DNA of 63,035 nucleotides, counting the filler, from Octopus bimaculoides (Eukaryota): NCBI RefSeq assembly GCF_001194135.2. It is 3 parts of 3 records of this genome, joined end to end, with 100 filler letters (N's around TTAATTAATTAA, not from the genome) between each part and the next. Parts side by side here need not be neighbours in the genome. Positions count along the whole stretch, not along the records: positions 14,293 to 39,244 come from NC_068982.1; 2 more parts are not named here. One strand, 5' to 3'. Each line of letters starts with the position of its first letter. Position 1 is the stretch's first letter. Below the pieces are notes generated by a model. The model saw only the letters and a program-made list of their open reading frames with translations, had not been told where the DNA came from and ran no database searches. The position numbers were made by a program, and so were the translations under genes. Below, in pieces: positions 14,293 through 27,488 of the stretch.

Positions 14293-14670
14293 GAGGCGCA
14301 ATGGCCCAGTGGTTAGGGCAGCGGACTCGCGGTCATAGGATCGCGGTTTCGATTCCCAGACCGGGCATAGTGAGTGTTTATTGAGCGAAAACACCTAAAG
14401 CACCACGAGGCTCCAGCAGGGGATGGTGGCGAACCCTGCTGTACTCTTTCACCATAACTTTCTCTCACTCTTACTTCCTGTTTCTGTTGTGCCTGTAATT
14501 CAAAGAGTCAGCCTTGTCACACTGTCACGCTGAATATCACCGAGAACTACGTTAAGGGTACACGTGTCTGTGGAGTGCTCAGCCACTTGCACGTTAATTT
14601 CACGAGCAGGCTGTTCCGTTGATCGGATCAACTGGAACCCTCGACGTCGTAAGCGACGGAGTGCCAACAA
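14293..14670 (+). mobile_element. tRNA-derived SINE, family A
   Basis: A-box TGGCCCAGTGG and B-box GGTTTCGATTCC, ends CGACGGAGTGCCAACAA. Second full copy at 21364-21742 and a CpG-decayed 3' part at 59285-59440. Confidence 0.9.
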
Positions 14671-15386
14671 CATACACCAATGAAACGCATAATGTTTTCT
14701 ATGAGAAAGTTTTTCTCGTTGATAAAAATCAAGTATTATTCCTATCAACGTTGTTTACATTTAGTACCACACACAGATGGTGATTTTAATTTAAACACCT
14801 TCTACTTAAAGCAGTTTACGGAGAAATGCTGTTAATTTTTAAGTTAAACCGTTCTGAAGAAAAAGTATCAAAATTTTATTTAGTTCTAGTCAAAATAGGC
14901 CCGGAATGACAACTCCGAAATTTTAATCAGTTGAAGTTAATTAAAAATATAAAGTGGACAATATGAAAGGTAGTGACTCTCTGCACATATTTCTTATTTC
15001 TTTACTGCTCACAAGGGGCTACGCACAGAGGGGACAAACAAGGGCAGACAAACGGATTAAGTCGATTATATCGACCCCAGTGCGTAACTGGTACTTATTT
15101 AATCGACCCCGAAAGGATGAAAGGCAAAGTCGACCTCGACGGAATTTGAACTCAGGACTCTGCACATATTTCTGTCTTGTTAGACCCCTTAGCTAGGCAT
15201 ATTCCTTACCAGAATTGTTTGAATTATCTCGGACACGTCAACTAAAACTTTTAAGGCGACGAAGTAAAGAAGTCGGATAGAATACTTCATATTTTATTCT
15301 AACTCTATGCTCCGAGTTCAAATCTCATTCAGGTCAAATTTACCTTTCAGTTCGATGAAAGAAGTACTGATCTAGAGCAATGTGAA

Positions 15387-15630
15387 GGCGGGTATTTTCG
15401 AGATTAGGGTGTTGCATTCATGATCTTAAGATTGTGTTTCGATTCCTGGACCAGCGATGCGTTGTGTTCTTTAGCAAAACACTTCCTTTTACGTTGCTCC
15501 AGTCCGCTCAGCAAGCAAAAATGAGTAATCCTGCGACGGACCGGTGTCCCATTCAGGGGATGAAATATACGCCACAGAGTTCGGGAGAGCAACCTTATCA
15601 GCCCATGGCTCAGGAGAACCTTTGATCCAT
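15387..15630 (+). mobile_element. tRNA-derived SINE, a further family
   Basis: B-box-like GTTTCGATTCC followed by GTTGTGTTCTTTAGCAAAACACTT; a related minus-strand copy lies at about 50470-50690. Confidence 0.6.
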
Positions 15631-16613
15631 TTGATCTACGGCAATGGATTGACAGAATTTTTAGAGCGAAGGATGTGTTGACTCGTTATATACGTCCCGT
15701 TTGTTCTGAAGTCAATACCAGCAATGTTGTATTGCATTTCTCTTTCCGTCTTCTATCGGTAGCATGGAACCTGAAGGCTTGCATGTAAAGGCAACTGATT
15801 ACTTTTACACCCCCCCCCCACACACACACACATACACATGTGTGTAGGACTTCCCATGGAGTGCCATGACTTTCGGTCATGGTATAGGTTTAGCTACATT
15901 GTTCGCATCCGAGTCGACGGAATGGATGTACAGTAATGCGCATCCATTCAATTCGTTATACATACAAACTTTCTATTTTCTTCCTCTATCTCTTTCCCTC
16001 ACACCCTTCACTATCATTTGCTCTCTATCTAATATGCGGAATAAATAGAAAGTATCGCGTATTAAGGTAAAATCATACATTTCAAACAACTCGAGATTAG
16101 AATTCACTCCTACTCGTCCAGTAGCAAAATTGAGATAGATAAATGGAGTCTCCGCTATGACGATGAGTTCTTGGAGGAGATGGAGGTTTCTCATTGTAGT
16201 CGATATATTCACTGGAAGACTTGAACTCAGAACACTAAGATTAAGAAGAAAGGAAAACAAATACATCATACCCAGCAGTTTCTGGCCGTTATTTGTATTT
16301 GTCTATTTTTAGCAAAGGGGGAACAGAACAGCTAGAGCTTCGTGTCTTTGACTTGTGCATAGTGCAACGCACCATATGGGCAACAGTGTGACACCGTATA
16401 AATATCTCTTTTTCTGGTACACATACGTACATTCATACATGAGCTCTCACACGTGCACAAACACGCGCGCACATATATATCTAACATATATATATATACA
16501 CATATCACACATAGACATACATATATGTAACATACGTATATACATATTATATATATACATGCATATATACGTGTGTGTATGTGTGTGTATATATGTATGC
16601 GTGTGTGTATATA

Positions 16614-16670
<57 letters not shown>

Positions 16671-16791
16671 TGTAGACTGCTGGAAATGCGTCGAGATGTC
16701 TTTATGGTACACGTTTTGCTTTGCTCATTTTAAAGCTTCGAGCAACATATCCCTTTCCAGATCTTGATACGACGATTTATCTCAGAAACGG

Positions 16792-16824
<33 letters not shown>

Positions 16825-17074
16825 AGAGAGAGACGAGAGAGAGAGAGAAAGAAACAGAGAGAGACACAGAGAGACACACAGATAGAGATAGGGAGAGAGA
16901 GAAGGAAAGAGAGAAATCATTGCAGGAGTGGTACTTTATTTATCGCCTCCAAAATGAAATACTGAAAAGCAAAGTTGATCTCGATTTCCATATTATATAT
17001 ATATATATATATATGGCCGACTAATACCTTGCGAATGATTTTCATAGACGGAAACTGTGCGGAATCCCGTCGTA

Positions 17075-17106
<32 letters not shown>

Positions 17107-17139
17107 CAATCTTTATTGCTTGACAACAATTACAATATG

Positions 17140-17222
17140 AGTGACAAATGTTCACACACTGACAAATGTTCACACACTGATAAATGTTCACACACTGACA
17201 AATGTTCACACACTGACAAGTA
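17140..17222. repeat. 18-bp minisatellite (ACTGACAAATGTTCACAC) x ~4.5
   Basis: Tandem units are directly visible and grade into a CA microsatellite. Confidence 0.9.
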
Positions 17223-17744
17223 CACACACACACACATACACACCCATACACGCATACATACATACATACAAACATACATACATACACATACTTTCCTACG
17301 TTCAAACTTGCTAACTACTGAAAGATAACGAATTACATCTGAGAAATATACAGCCTGTAGATTGGGAAAAGAATATTTTAATAAGTGGGATAAAATAAAC
17401 TTGAACATGATAAGTTGATTTACAAAGAAGAAGAAGAAGGAGGAGGAGGAGGGGAGGAGAAGAAGAAGAAGAAGAAGAAGACCTTGCAGGCATGGTCGCA
17501 CTTCAGTGACTGAAACTAGTACAAGTTAAAAGATAACGATATTTCCCTGAAGAACGTAGCATCTGGAATATATAATTTCACTAGATTAAGAAGTTTAATA
17601 TCTAAAATAAGATTTAGTTGTTTTTACAAAACCTGTTTTTATGAGGAAATGAGAATCTGTTGTACTCTATAAGTTTTCCAATCATCTTAGTGCATTCATA
17701 ATAACCATGTTTTGGTGAGTTCAGATATTTTTTATTACGATTTC

Positions 17745-18110
17745 AGGCGCAAGAGTGGCAGTGTGGTAAGAAGCTTGCTTACAAACCACATGGTACCGGG
17801 TTCAGTCCCACTGCGTGGCACCTTGGGCAAGTGTCTTCTTCTATAGCCTTGGGCCGACCAAAGCCTTGTGAATGGATTTGGTAGACGGAAACTGAAAGTC
17901 CGTCGTATGTGTGTGTTTGTGTTTGTTCCCCACCATCGCTTGAAAACCGATGTTGGTGTGTTTACGACCCCGTCTTCTGGCGCTTCGACAAAAGAGACCG
18001 ATAGAATAAGTACTAGGCTTACAAGGAATAAGTCCTAGGGTCAATTTGCTCGACTAAAGGCGTTGCTCCAGCATGGCCTCAGTCAAATGACTGAAACAAG
18101 TAAAACAATA
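17745..18110 (+). mobile_element. tRNA-derived SINE, family B (representative; most abundant family here)
   Basis: Head GGCGCAGGAGTGGCTGTGTGGTAAG, CORE-like CCTTGGGCAAGTG, internal microsatellite, 3' CAAATGACTGAAACAAGTAAAA. Other full or partial copies near 1335, 20455, 26060, 29400, 30715, 31755, 32310, 32740, 40555, 43495, 45520, 48700, 49990, 53075 and 53480. Confidence 0.9.
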
Positions 18111-18669
18111 AAAGAATATTAGCATAATTTCATCATAATATATCTAAAAATCTATTTTAATACTTTAAAATATTGACTTATTTTCTAAATTTCAGCCTAC
18201 AAACCGACGCAGAATTTAAAGCAGTGAACCAGCATGAGAATCTCTACATAGTTATCTCTATCAGTCTGAATTGAACTGACAGAAATAACAGCTAAATTTC
18301 CACTAAGTCGCAACATTTTGTTTTAATAAATTGAAGTATACTTGAGATAGTATAGTCCTTAGCATACAAAATATATATGATAGTTACCAATAAAAGGTTT
18401 TTAAAGAATTACTTTAATCGAACAAAGCTGGGTTGGAGCTAAACAATAAAATACCAAGCCATCTTAGTGAAGATCACATTAGTCTAGACATAAACACATA
18501 TCAACAACACCAGAATTTCTATGACCTTTTCTCTCACATAACGGAAATATCCCACAATGCCATACAAGTAGTGGTACTAAGATTTAGAATGCTTGCTCGT
18601 GTTACAGAGAAATTTCGATCCACTGATACAAAAAGCTGCAAAACCCTCAACTGGATACAAGCAGAAAAC

Positions 18670-18885
18670 GCGGCGAGCTGGCAGAAACGTTAGCGCGCCG
18701 GGTGAAATGCTTATCGGTATTTCGTCTGCCGTTACGTTCTGAGTTCAAATTCCGCCGAGGTCGACTTTGCCTCTCATCCTTTCGGGGTTGATAAATTAAG
18801 TACCAGTTACGCAATGGGGTCGATGTAATCGTCTGTCCTTGTTTGTTCCCTCTATGTTTAGTCCCTTGTGGGCAATAAAGAAATA
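18670..18885 (+). mobile_element. tRNA-derived SINE, family C (representative)
   Basis: GGCGAGCTGGCAGAAACGTTAG head, GAGTTCAAATTCC B-box, central CATCCTTTCGGGGTCGATAAATTAAGTACC-type domain, AATAAAGAAAT end. Other copies near 15010, 19520, 24740, 28080, 33340, 37640, 40190, 42930, 43160, 47455, 48850 and 62800. Confidence 0.9.
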
Positions 18886-21363
18886 GGTATTTCGTCTGCC
18901 GTTACGTTCTGAGCTCAAATTCCGCCGAGGTTGACTTTGCGCCTAATTATACATTTTTGGCTCAATACCACTGCGTATCCTCATTCTAAAATATTTTGGA
19001 TCCCATTATTAGTTACAAGAGTTCATCTCTGCCATCTTTGTTCACACAAGAAAGCTTCTACGTAGTCGCTCGACTCATTAGAAACAGCAGTCAAATCTCT
19101 TTCAAGGTACACATCAAGCTACTTACAGAGAATGCTCAAGGAAATCTCACTCAAAGGATAAAATGTCACGGCTGGAATAAGAATTGACAGACATGCGGTT
19201 AAATAACAATAACAATAATAAAGTGGAATTAGTCTGCTTTTATTTCAACTAATTTTCAAAACATTAAATTACAGTTAACATGAAATTTTAGCGGAAGATT
19301 TTAATTCAGATCACTTCAAAACAGGAAGTTTGTAGCACGGAACCAGGCGCGGTCGCTATCGAGTTGATATCAAATGTATAACTGTGTTAACATAGTAGCA
19401 GTCGCTAACTCCATTCTAGTTATGCCCCTCCCGAGTTTATTAAGAGCATACTTTCTTTAAAATATCGAATTGAACTTTGGCCTTTAACCCAAATTTAAAA
19501 TCATTGTACAGCAAACCAAGGCGGCAAAGTTGACGGAATTGTTAGAACGTCGGTAAAAATGCTTCATGGTATTTCGTGAGATTCATTTTGCTCTGAATTC
19601 AAATTTCGCCAAGGTTGATTTTATTTGTCATCTTGTTGGGGGTCACTAAAATAAGTACCAGTCGATGTAATCGACTAGCCTTTTTCCCTTGTGTCAAAAT
19701 TTGAAGCCATTGTATGCCAAACTAGAATAAGTCATCACTAAGTCTCCGAAAGATAAACTATTTGTTCATATGTTTTTAAAAAATAACCACATCTTTTGTC
19801 GTTTTAATTATGTATTTTAAACATGACATCGGTATGTTATTTAAATGAATAAATAAGTAAATAAATAAAAGGTTTACTTTTGTGTAAACTCGAAAAACCA
19901 GAAATGTTTTACTTCCGTAAACAGGAATATTTATCTTAAATCAAAACCAGAAACTAACTTTTCCGTGATGCAGCGAGCCAATCAGTAACTTTTTCAAATA
20001 CAGCTGCCGTTTGAAAATAAAAAGGGTTGGAGTGAAAGAAATATCAGAATAAGACTTAAGAAAGCCGCCTTTTGGTTTCCGGCTTCAAGCGAAAAACCTT
20101 TCCGGTTAAGATTTACGGACGGAAATTTTATTTAAACAATTTATACCACTTGAATATTAACTTTTCTTATATTACTTTTACAGATTTTTCCTTCTCTTCC
20201 CTTTCCTTTCATTCACCTATTCCTCTTCCTTCTAGAACGACAATAATAATAACTACAAGTAAAACAAACCGCTGAAAAGTATCTGCGCCATCGCTCGACC
20301 AGCTACAACTAACAGCCAATTTTTTCTTCCGCTTGAAACGTACTGTCTTGCAAAGGAATGAAAATATTAGATAATATAGTCCTAGATATACAATGTTCAA
20401 CAACAACAACTACTACTACTGCTGCTGCTGCTGCTGCTCGTTCCTTATGCTAATCTTTTATGTGTTTCGGTCATTAGACTACGGCCATGCTGAGGCACCG
20501 TTTTGAAGGGTTTAGTCGAACAAGTCGGATCGCCTCCTAGCACTTATTTTAAAATGTAGCACTCATTTTATCTGTTCCTTTCGCCGAACCGCTTTGTTAC
20601 GGAGACGTAAGCAAACAAACACGAGTTATCAAACGATGAACCGATTGAACACACACACGTGCGCACACAGGCTTCCTTACAGTTTCTGTCTATCGAATTC
20701 ATTCATGAGGTATTTGTCGGCCCGGAGGTGCCCCGCAGTGAGACGGAATGCGAAATCACGGGATTGCAAAGCGAGTTTGTTTTTTGTTTGTTTTTTTGGA
20801 TCTTTTTTAAAACGGGGGCCACATTTTTCATTAATGTTTTACGTAGTGTTTTTGGTACCGAAAGACTTTCAAACTTCGTATACTTATCTATTTTGTGTTA
20901 TAGAACAGAAAAATATTTTTGTATTCGAATTTATGTCNNNNNNNNNNACATGGAATAATTTATGGATTTCTTTTTTTTTAAGAAGACTAAGAGAAAAAGA
21001 TGTTTTATATGACACATTCTACCAGTGTTCCAAGTTTCAAAGTGTTTCGTTAATGAAAAATGTGGCCCCCGTTTTAAAAAAGATCCGTTTTTTTAACTAC
21101 ACAGCCATGCCTGCGTAGGAACTGTTACTGTTTTCGTTGTTATTGTTGTTTTTTTTTCTGTTGTTGTTTAGCTCCCCAAGTTGTCTCTGCTATGAGCCAA
21201 GACATTCCATACCTCTGCTTTTCCTTCTTCTTTCAGCATCATCATCAAGTCATACCATATTTAAGAAATCCAGTATCAGAGAAATCCAAACTGTTAAGTT
21301 ACGTGAAGATACAAAGACACGCGGATTCGACAGGATTTCGCACATTTGTACAACGATATCGTG

Positions 21364-21742
21364 GAGGCGCAATGGCCCAGTGGTTAGGGCAGCGGACTCA
21401 CGGTCATAGCATCGCGGTTTCGATTCCCAGATCGGGCGCTGAGAGTGTTTATTGACCGAAAACACCTAAAGCTCCACAAGGCTCCGTCAGGGGATGGTGG
21501 CGAACCCTGCTGTACTCTTTTACCACAACTTTCTCTCTCTCTTACTTCCTGTTTCTGTTGTGCCTGTAATTCAAGGGGTCAGCCTTGTCACACTGTGTCA
21601 CGCTGAATATCTCCGAGAACTACGTTAAGGGTATACGTGGGTGTGGAGTGTTCAGCCACTTGCACGTTAATTTCACGAGCAGGCTGTTCCGTTGATCGGA
21701 TCAACTGGAACCCTCGACATCGTAAGCGACGGAGTGCAACAA
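21364..21742 (+). mobile_element. tRNA-derived SINE, family A (second copy)
   Basis: Colinear with 14293-14670 over its whole length. Confidence 0.9.
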
Positions 21743-23109
21743 TACAATACAACGATACATATAAGATGATAATGAACCTGTAACTTTCTTTTAATAATGA
21801 GTGATTTCAGGGAAAATAGCAGTGATTTCTAAACAAGTCGAGTAAGATCACGGATATCACCCCGTGTTCTGTTATCGTCATTTTCATTTTCGAGCAATCA
21901 TAAAGGTAGATTTTATGAGAGACCGTCACATTGCATTGTATCTATGTGACAATCTATAACTGTGTTGATTTATAGACTTGGCTTCCTTCTCAAAATAGAA
22001 AACTGTTCAGCTGTTCAATTAATGAACATATAAATTGGTTAACAATCACTTGTAAGTGCATTCCATACACCGCATTCCATACAAGCTACGTTATTAAAAG
22101 ACAGTCAGGTCCGTAATATTGGAAAGTAAAGCGGGAAAATGTTATTAACAGGTCTGCCTGTGTTAGTTATTAGGTGAAATTAATTGTTGTAAACGTATTT
22201 AAATGCGCATACACACACACACTCATGTGAGTATAGACTCACGCACAGCTAGAGAGAGAGAGAGAAAGAAAGAGAGAGACAGACAGACAGAGAGGGAGAA
22301 TGTGGACAGGGAGGGAGAAAAGGTGAGAGAGCATATATGTAAACGTGCATATTCATAGAAAACGAGGAGAAATAATTTGTACTTTTAGCTTTATACTCTC
22401 ACAAATCTACATAACCATACATTTATATATACCTATATATACCTATGTATGCTTATATATANNNNNNNNNNNNNNNNNNNNNNNNNNNNNNNNNNNNNNN
22501 NNNNNNNNNNNNNNNNNNNNNNNNNNNNNNNNNNNNNNNNNNNNNNNNNNNNNNNNNNNNNNNNNNNNNNNNNNNNNNNNNNNNNNNNNNNNNNNNNNNN
22601 NNNNNNNNNNNNNNNNNNNNNNNNNNNNNNNNNNNNNNNNNNNNNNNNNNNNNNNNNNNNNNNNNNNNNNNNNNNNNNNNNNNNNNNNNNNNNNNNNNNN
22701 NNNNNNNNNNNNNNNNNNNNNNNNNNNNNNNNNNNNNNNNNNNNNNNNNNNNNNNNNNNNNNNNNNNNNNNNNNNNNNNNNNNNNNNNNNNNNNNNNNNN
22801 NNNNNNNNNNNNNNNNNNNNNNNNNNNNNNNNNNNNNNNNNNNNNNNNNNNNNNNNNNNNNNNNNNNNNNNNNNNNNNNNNNNNNNNNNNNNNNNNNNNN
22901 NNNNNNNNNNNNNNNNNNNNNNNNNNNNNNNNNNNNNNNNNNNNNNNNNNNNNNNNNNNNNNNNNNNNNNNNNNNNNNNNNNNNNNNNNNNNNNNNNNNN
23001 NNNNNNNNNNNNNNNNNNNNNNNNNNNNNNNNNNNNNNNNNNNNNNNNNNNNNNNNNNNNNNNNNNNNNNNNNNNNNNNNNNNNNNNNNNNNNNNNNNNN
23101 NNNNNNNNN

Positions 23110-23996
23110 NAAATATATCGTCGTCTAAGTTATGCAAGAATGAAAATAACACTGACATCTCCTTATAACAGACATAGTTACCAAAATTACATAAAAAATA
23201 TCTTGAAATACTCAAGAGCAAATTTATTCAATAAAATTGCCGTTGGCTTCAACCACGGCCTCCAGACGACTTCGGAATCTCTTGCAACTCTCCAGAACGG
23301 TCTCCTTGTTTAAGTTGGTGAATGTTGCTATAATCCTTGCCTTCAGTTCATCTTTGGTGTTACAAGGAGTTTTGTTGGTCTCTCGCTCAACTGCGCCCCA
23401 CACATAATAACCAAGAAGGTTGCAGTCTGGGGAGTTAGGTGACCAGATTTCAGGGGTGATGTGGTCGCATAAATTGTCTGACAGCCGTGACTGGGTTCTC
23501 CTGCTTGTGTGGCATGGTACAGAGCCCTGTTACCAGACATAGGTTCTTCCAGTTGCCATCCTCTTGACTCAGGGCAGCACTACTTCCTCCAGGCACTTGA
23601 TGTAGGCCTCTATATTGAGTCTGAAGCCGTGTGGGAAGATGAATGGAGGCATAACGTTGCCATCACTTGTGATCACTCCAAACACCATGATGTTGACTGG
23701 ATGTTTGCTTTTTTATAACTCTCGGTACATGTCCTCAGATTGCACAATCCTCAGTTTGACACCCAGACACTCTGAAATGTTCGTATTGGAGCTTTCAGCG
23801 CGAATGTCAAGCAGTACATCATGTCGTTTCTAAATTTCAGGCAGAGTGAATTACATTATGGTGCTGTTTTTTCTCGCAGACGGTGCCAAACTGACCCTAC
23901 TATATTGTGTAGTCGATAAAATCAAAAACAAAGAATGAGCATGCAAGAAATAGAAAAATATAAAATGGTTACAATTTACCCATCACACCTTGTATA
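23110..23996 (-). mobile_element. Internally deleted maT/DD37D-type transposon
   Basis: Minus strand: KHPVNIMVFGVITSDGNVMPPFIFPHGFRLN..YIKCLEEVVLP*VKR, YVW*QGSVPCHTS, WSPNSPDCNLLGYYVWG, RSRLEAVVEANGNFIE*. 5' end TA-CAAGGTGTGATGGGTAAATT. Confidence 0.85.
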
Positions 23997-25714
23997 TATA
24001 TATAATATATATATACGTGTGCGTTGCTAGTTCCTTCGATATTTATCTCCTTCACTCCAATATGAGAGGGAGAGAGAGATGAGAAGCAGAAAAAATAGTA
24101 TGTAAGAGACTACAAGACAGAAAGTAGAATAGAGAACGATAGTGTATAAGAGACAAGCATATGTATGTGTGATCTAATGCAGGAGGCCTTTACATTGTAG
24201 CTAGACATGATCGATATAGCCGTATCATTCTAGTGTTGTGTATCTATATATGTATGTCGGAACCAGCGAGGAGACCTCTATGCAATAGAGAGACTTCAGA
24301 GATATAGTAGCCACTTTGCACCCAAATCACTTCTGTTTCACGATCCAATTAAAAAAACTGTTGTGTAGGTAACTAGATTTCGTAGAAATAACAGCGGAAT
24401 TTTACTCAAATTACACTCTACTATCTTGTATATGTTTTTCATTAAGCTTCATTTAAGGTAATTTTTCCTTTACAGAATTCAATCCGGTAACAAACAAAGT
24501 AACAAAGGTTCTTTTTCATTAAATCATGAGTCCTTTTAGGATTTCTGCATATCTGAATTGGTTGATATTTGCTTATGCTAATGCGTGAGCTTGAATTAAT
24601 CTGCAATCATATTGTGGATGTGCATGTCACTTTAGATTATATGTTTCTGTCCCTCCTTACAGTTTATGCATTTGTATGCACAGGCACGTATGTCTGAGTA
24701 TACCTAATCCACATGTACTTGTAAGTATGTGTATGTGTTAAGGCGACGAGGAGGCAGGCACGTTAGCATGCTGGACAAAATGCTTCGCGACATTTCTTCC
24801 AGTTCCCCGTTTTGAATTCAAATTCCACCGAGGTTGACCTTGCCTTTCATCCTTTCGGAGTCGATAAAATAAGTATAATTTGAGCACCGTCTTCCATCAT
24901 TTCAGGCCTTGTGTTTATAGTAGAAAGGATTATGGAAAGGTGTTCAACCCAGGAACCTTAAGTGGAGAATCCCTGGAATATAGTACAGATTCTCACCCTA
25001 ACAGATTTTATGAAGAGAATGTAAATCAGTTTACTTTGTGCTCTTTTGGAGAACGTCAGCACGTCTAGGCTTATATGCAAATATGTTGTTATGTAACCCA
25101 GTGTATTTATGATAACAGGTACAAATGAAAATATATAGACTGGATTTTAGCCTGTCTAGCACATCGAGTTCATTGTTCGTTTGAACATGTTGATGAGAAC
25201 GAGTAGCCCTGTAAAACGTGAGTTTCTTGTATTAAAAGCTGATTATCAAGTCTCTCCTAACCACTTGTAATTTTGCAAGAACCGTCAGAAATGTTTCACT
25301 AGTAATATAATATGCCTTGAGAGAGACGTTTGCTCAGCAGTCCTCATTTAACTACATTGCATCGTAGTTGTTTTGTTTGTTTACACTTCAAAATCAATCA
25401 AGATCATTCTGTAGAGGGATCCTGTCGAACTTGATGGTATGGACTTTCATACAGCGATACACTGCATGTGGACTTCATGCAAACTTTGTATTGAGGACTT
25501 TGCGTTCTAGAAATGTCTTAAGATAGCAAAGTTTTTCAATTAATGTATGCACGAGTTAACAAGGAAGAACTGTATGTGGTAGCAGCGATAACTCACTAAA
25601 ATTTTTCCAAACTGTTCAATGAATGTATAAATGAATGAATGAATCAAGGAGAAACTCCTACGTAGTTGCTCATCCAACCAAAAATAGCAGCTAAATCGCC
25701 ATCTAATTTCACCC

Positions 25715-25894
25715 CGCTATCTCATGCCTTATTTACATTATTTACATGAGACAGATATGTGTCTTCATCTTGTTTGTTGTTACCACAACGTTTCGGCTGA
25801 TTTACTCTCCAGCTTTCATCAGGTGTCCTAATGGAATTTTGAACCCAACCCCGGGTTCTCATTCCTAAGGTATTTTTTGCTGATGTTGTTATCA

Positions 25895-25956
<62 letters not shown>

Positions 25957-26047
25957 TCAAGGCATATGGCGTAATGATTCAGAGTGCGGGCTACTAACCC
26001 CAAGATTCCGAGTTCAAATCTAGGCAGTGCCTTGAATAAATAATAAA
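25715..26047. mobile_element. tRNA-head / hammerhead-tail element (inverted tail, ATT run, forward head)
   Basis: Tail on minus contains GACAC-CTGATGA..GAAACGTT, then (ATT)n, then a plus-strand head GGCATATGGCGTAATG..GAGTTCAAATC. Homologous to 39590-40040. Confidence 0.8.
25782..25827 (-). ncRNA. Minimal type I hammerhead ribozyme motif (degenerate stems)
   Basis: GACAC CTGATGA A AGCTG gagagtaaat CAGCC GAAA C GTT GTGGT: core intact, one mismatch each in stems I and II. Confidence 0.6.
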
Positions 26048-26932
26048 CGGGAACTGAAATAGGACTGTCGTAAATATGTGAATATTTCTGTGTGCGTGTG
26101 TGTTTGTGTGTGTGTGTGTGCGTGTGAATTTGTGCATGTATGTGTGTGTGTGTGTGTGTGTGTGTATCCCGCCATCGATGTTGCTGTGTTTACGTATTGT
26201 AACTTAGCCGTTTGGTAAAACACACCGATAGAATAAGTACTAGGCTTACAAAGAATAAATCCCGAGGTCGATTTCTTCGACTAAAGGCGGTTTTCTAGTA
26301 TGGCTGCAGTCACATCACTAGTATATATATAAATAAATATGTATATATATANNNNNNNNNNNNNNNNNNNNNNNNNNNNNNNNNNNNNNNNNNNNNNNNN
26401 NNNNNNNNNNNNNNNNNNNNNNNNNNNNNNNNNNNNNNNNNNNNNNNNNNNNNNNNNNNNNNNNNNNNNNNNNNNNNNNNNNNNNNNNNNNNNNNNNNNN
26501 NNNNNNNNNNNNNNNNNNNNNNNNNNNNNNNNNNNNNNNNNNNNNNNNNNNNNNNNNNNNNNNNNNNNNNNNNNNNNNNNNNNNNNNNNNNNNNNNNNNN
26601 NNNNNNNNNNNNNNNNNNNNNNNNNNNNNNNNNNNNNNNNNNNNNNNNNNNNNNNNNNNNNNNNNNNNNNNNNNNNNNNNNNNNNNNNNNNNNNNNNNNN
26701 NNNNNNNNNNNNNNNNNNNNNNNNNNNNNNNNNNNNNNNNNNNNNNNNNNNNNNNNNNNNNNNNNNNNNNNNNNNNNNNNNNNNNNNNNNNNNNNNNNNN
26801 NNNNNNNNNNNNNNNNNNNNNNNNNNNNNNNNNNNNNNNNNNNNNNNNNNNNNNNNNNNNNNNNNNNNNNNNNNNNNNNNNNNNNNNNNNNNNNNNNNNN
26901 NNNNNNNNNNNNNNNNNNNNNNNNNNNNNNNN

Positions 26933-26999
<67 letters not shown>

Positions 27000-27004
27000 T
27001 CCAG

Positions 27005-27148
27005 GGACTATTAGCTCTGACTGAAACTATCCATATTTACAACGGCCTGCGAGATCTCTTAACCGGAGATCATGAAACCTTTCCAGCCTTCGATGAGTTA
27101 CAACACAAATATCGTTTTCAGCCTGTTTCCACCAGTTATACGGAATAA
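27005..27148 (+). CDS. Weak candidate terminal exon, unknown gene
   Basis: CAG|GGA after a CA repeat; 47 open codons GLLALTETIHIYNGLRDLLTGDHETFPAFDELQHKYRFQPVSTSYTE*. No pyrimidine tract and no family recognised. Confidence 0.15.
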   Translation, partial: GLLALTETIHIYNGLRDLLTGDHETFPAFDELQHKYRFQPVSTSYTE

Positions 27149-27448
27149 TTGTTTTTCATTGTGATAAACTTGAGTTGAGTTGCTTCTCTCTTTCTACACT
27201 ATAGAGGCTTAAACAAAAGGAATTCTGCCATTTGTAACTCTGCAAAGAAGGGAATCAACATTATAATTTGTCTTTGGTTATCCAACATTATAATCGCTAT
27301 CCACTTATTTTCTGACTGATCACACGGATATATTTTGTGTGCATGGGTGAAACTGTCACTAAAAATTTTCCAATAAATAAATTCAGTTTCATCTATCAAG
27401 TTGTTTTCTTTCGTTATCATACACAACGCATACATATATACGCACAAA

Positions 27449-27488
<40 letters not shown>

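Noticed and set aside
14293-14370. tRNA-like sequences at SINE heads as real tRNA genes
   Set aside because: They run directly into SINE bodies, occur in diverged copies and lack a complete acceptor stem.
15973-16269. 98-aa minus-strand ORF with a strong pyrimidine tract
   Set aside because: No recognisable domain; part of it resembles decayed CR1/Jockey-type LINE 3' sequence, as does 37390-37560.
18433-18693. 86-aa plus-strand ORF
   Set aside because: No motif or splice support, and it ends inside a family-C SINE.
25160-25217. 58-nt AG..GTGAGT-bounded open segment (HIEFIVRLNMLMRTSSPVK)
   Set aside because: Good donor but a weak acceptor, no homology and no linkable neighbour exon; insufficient to call.
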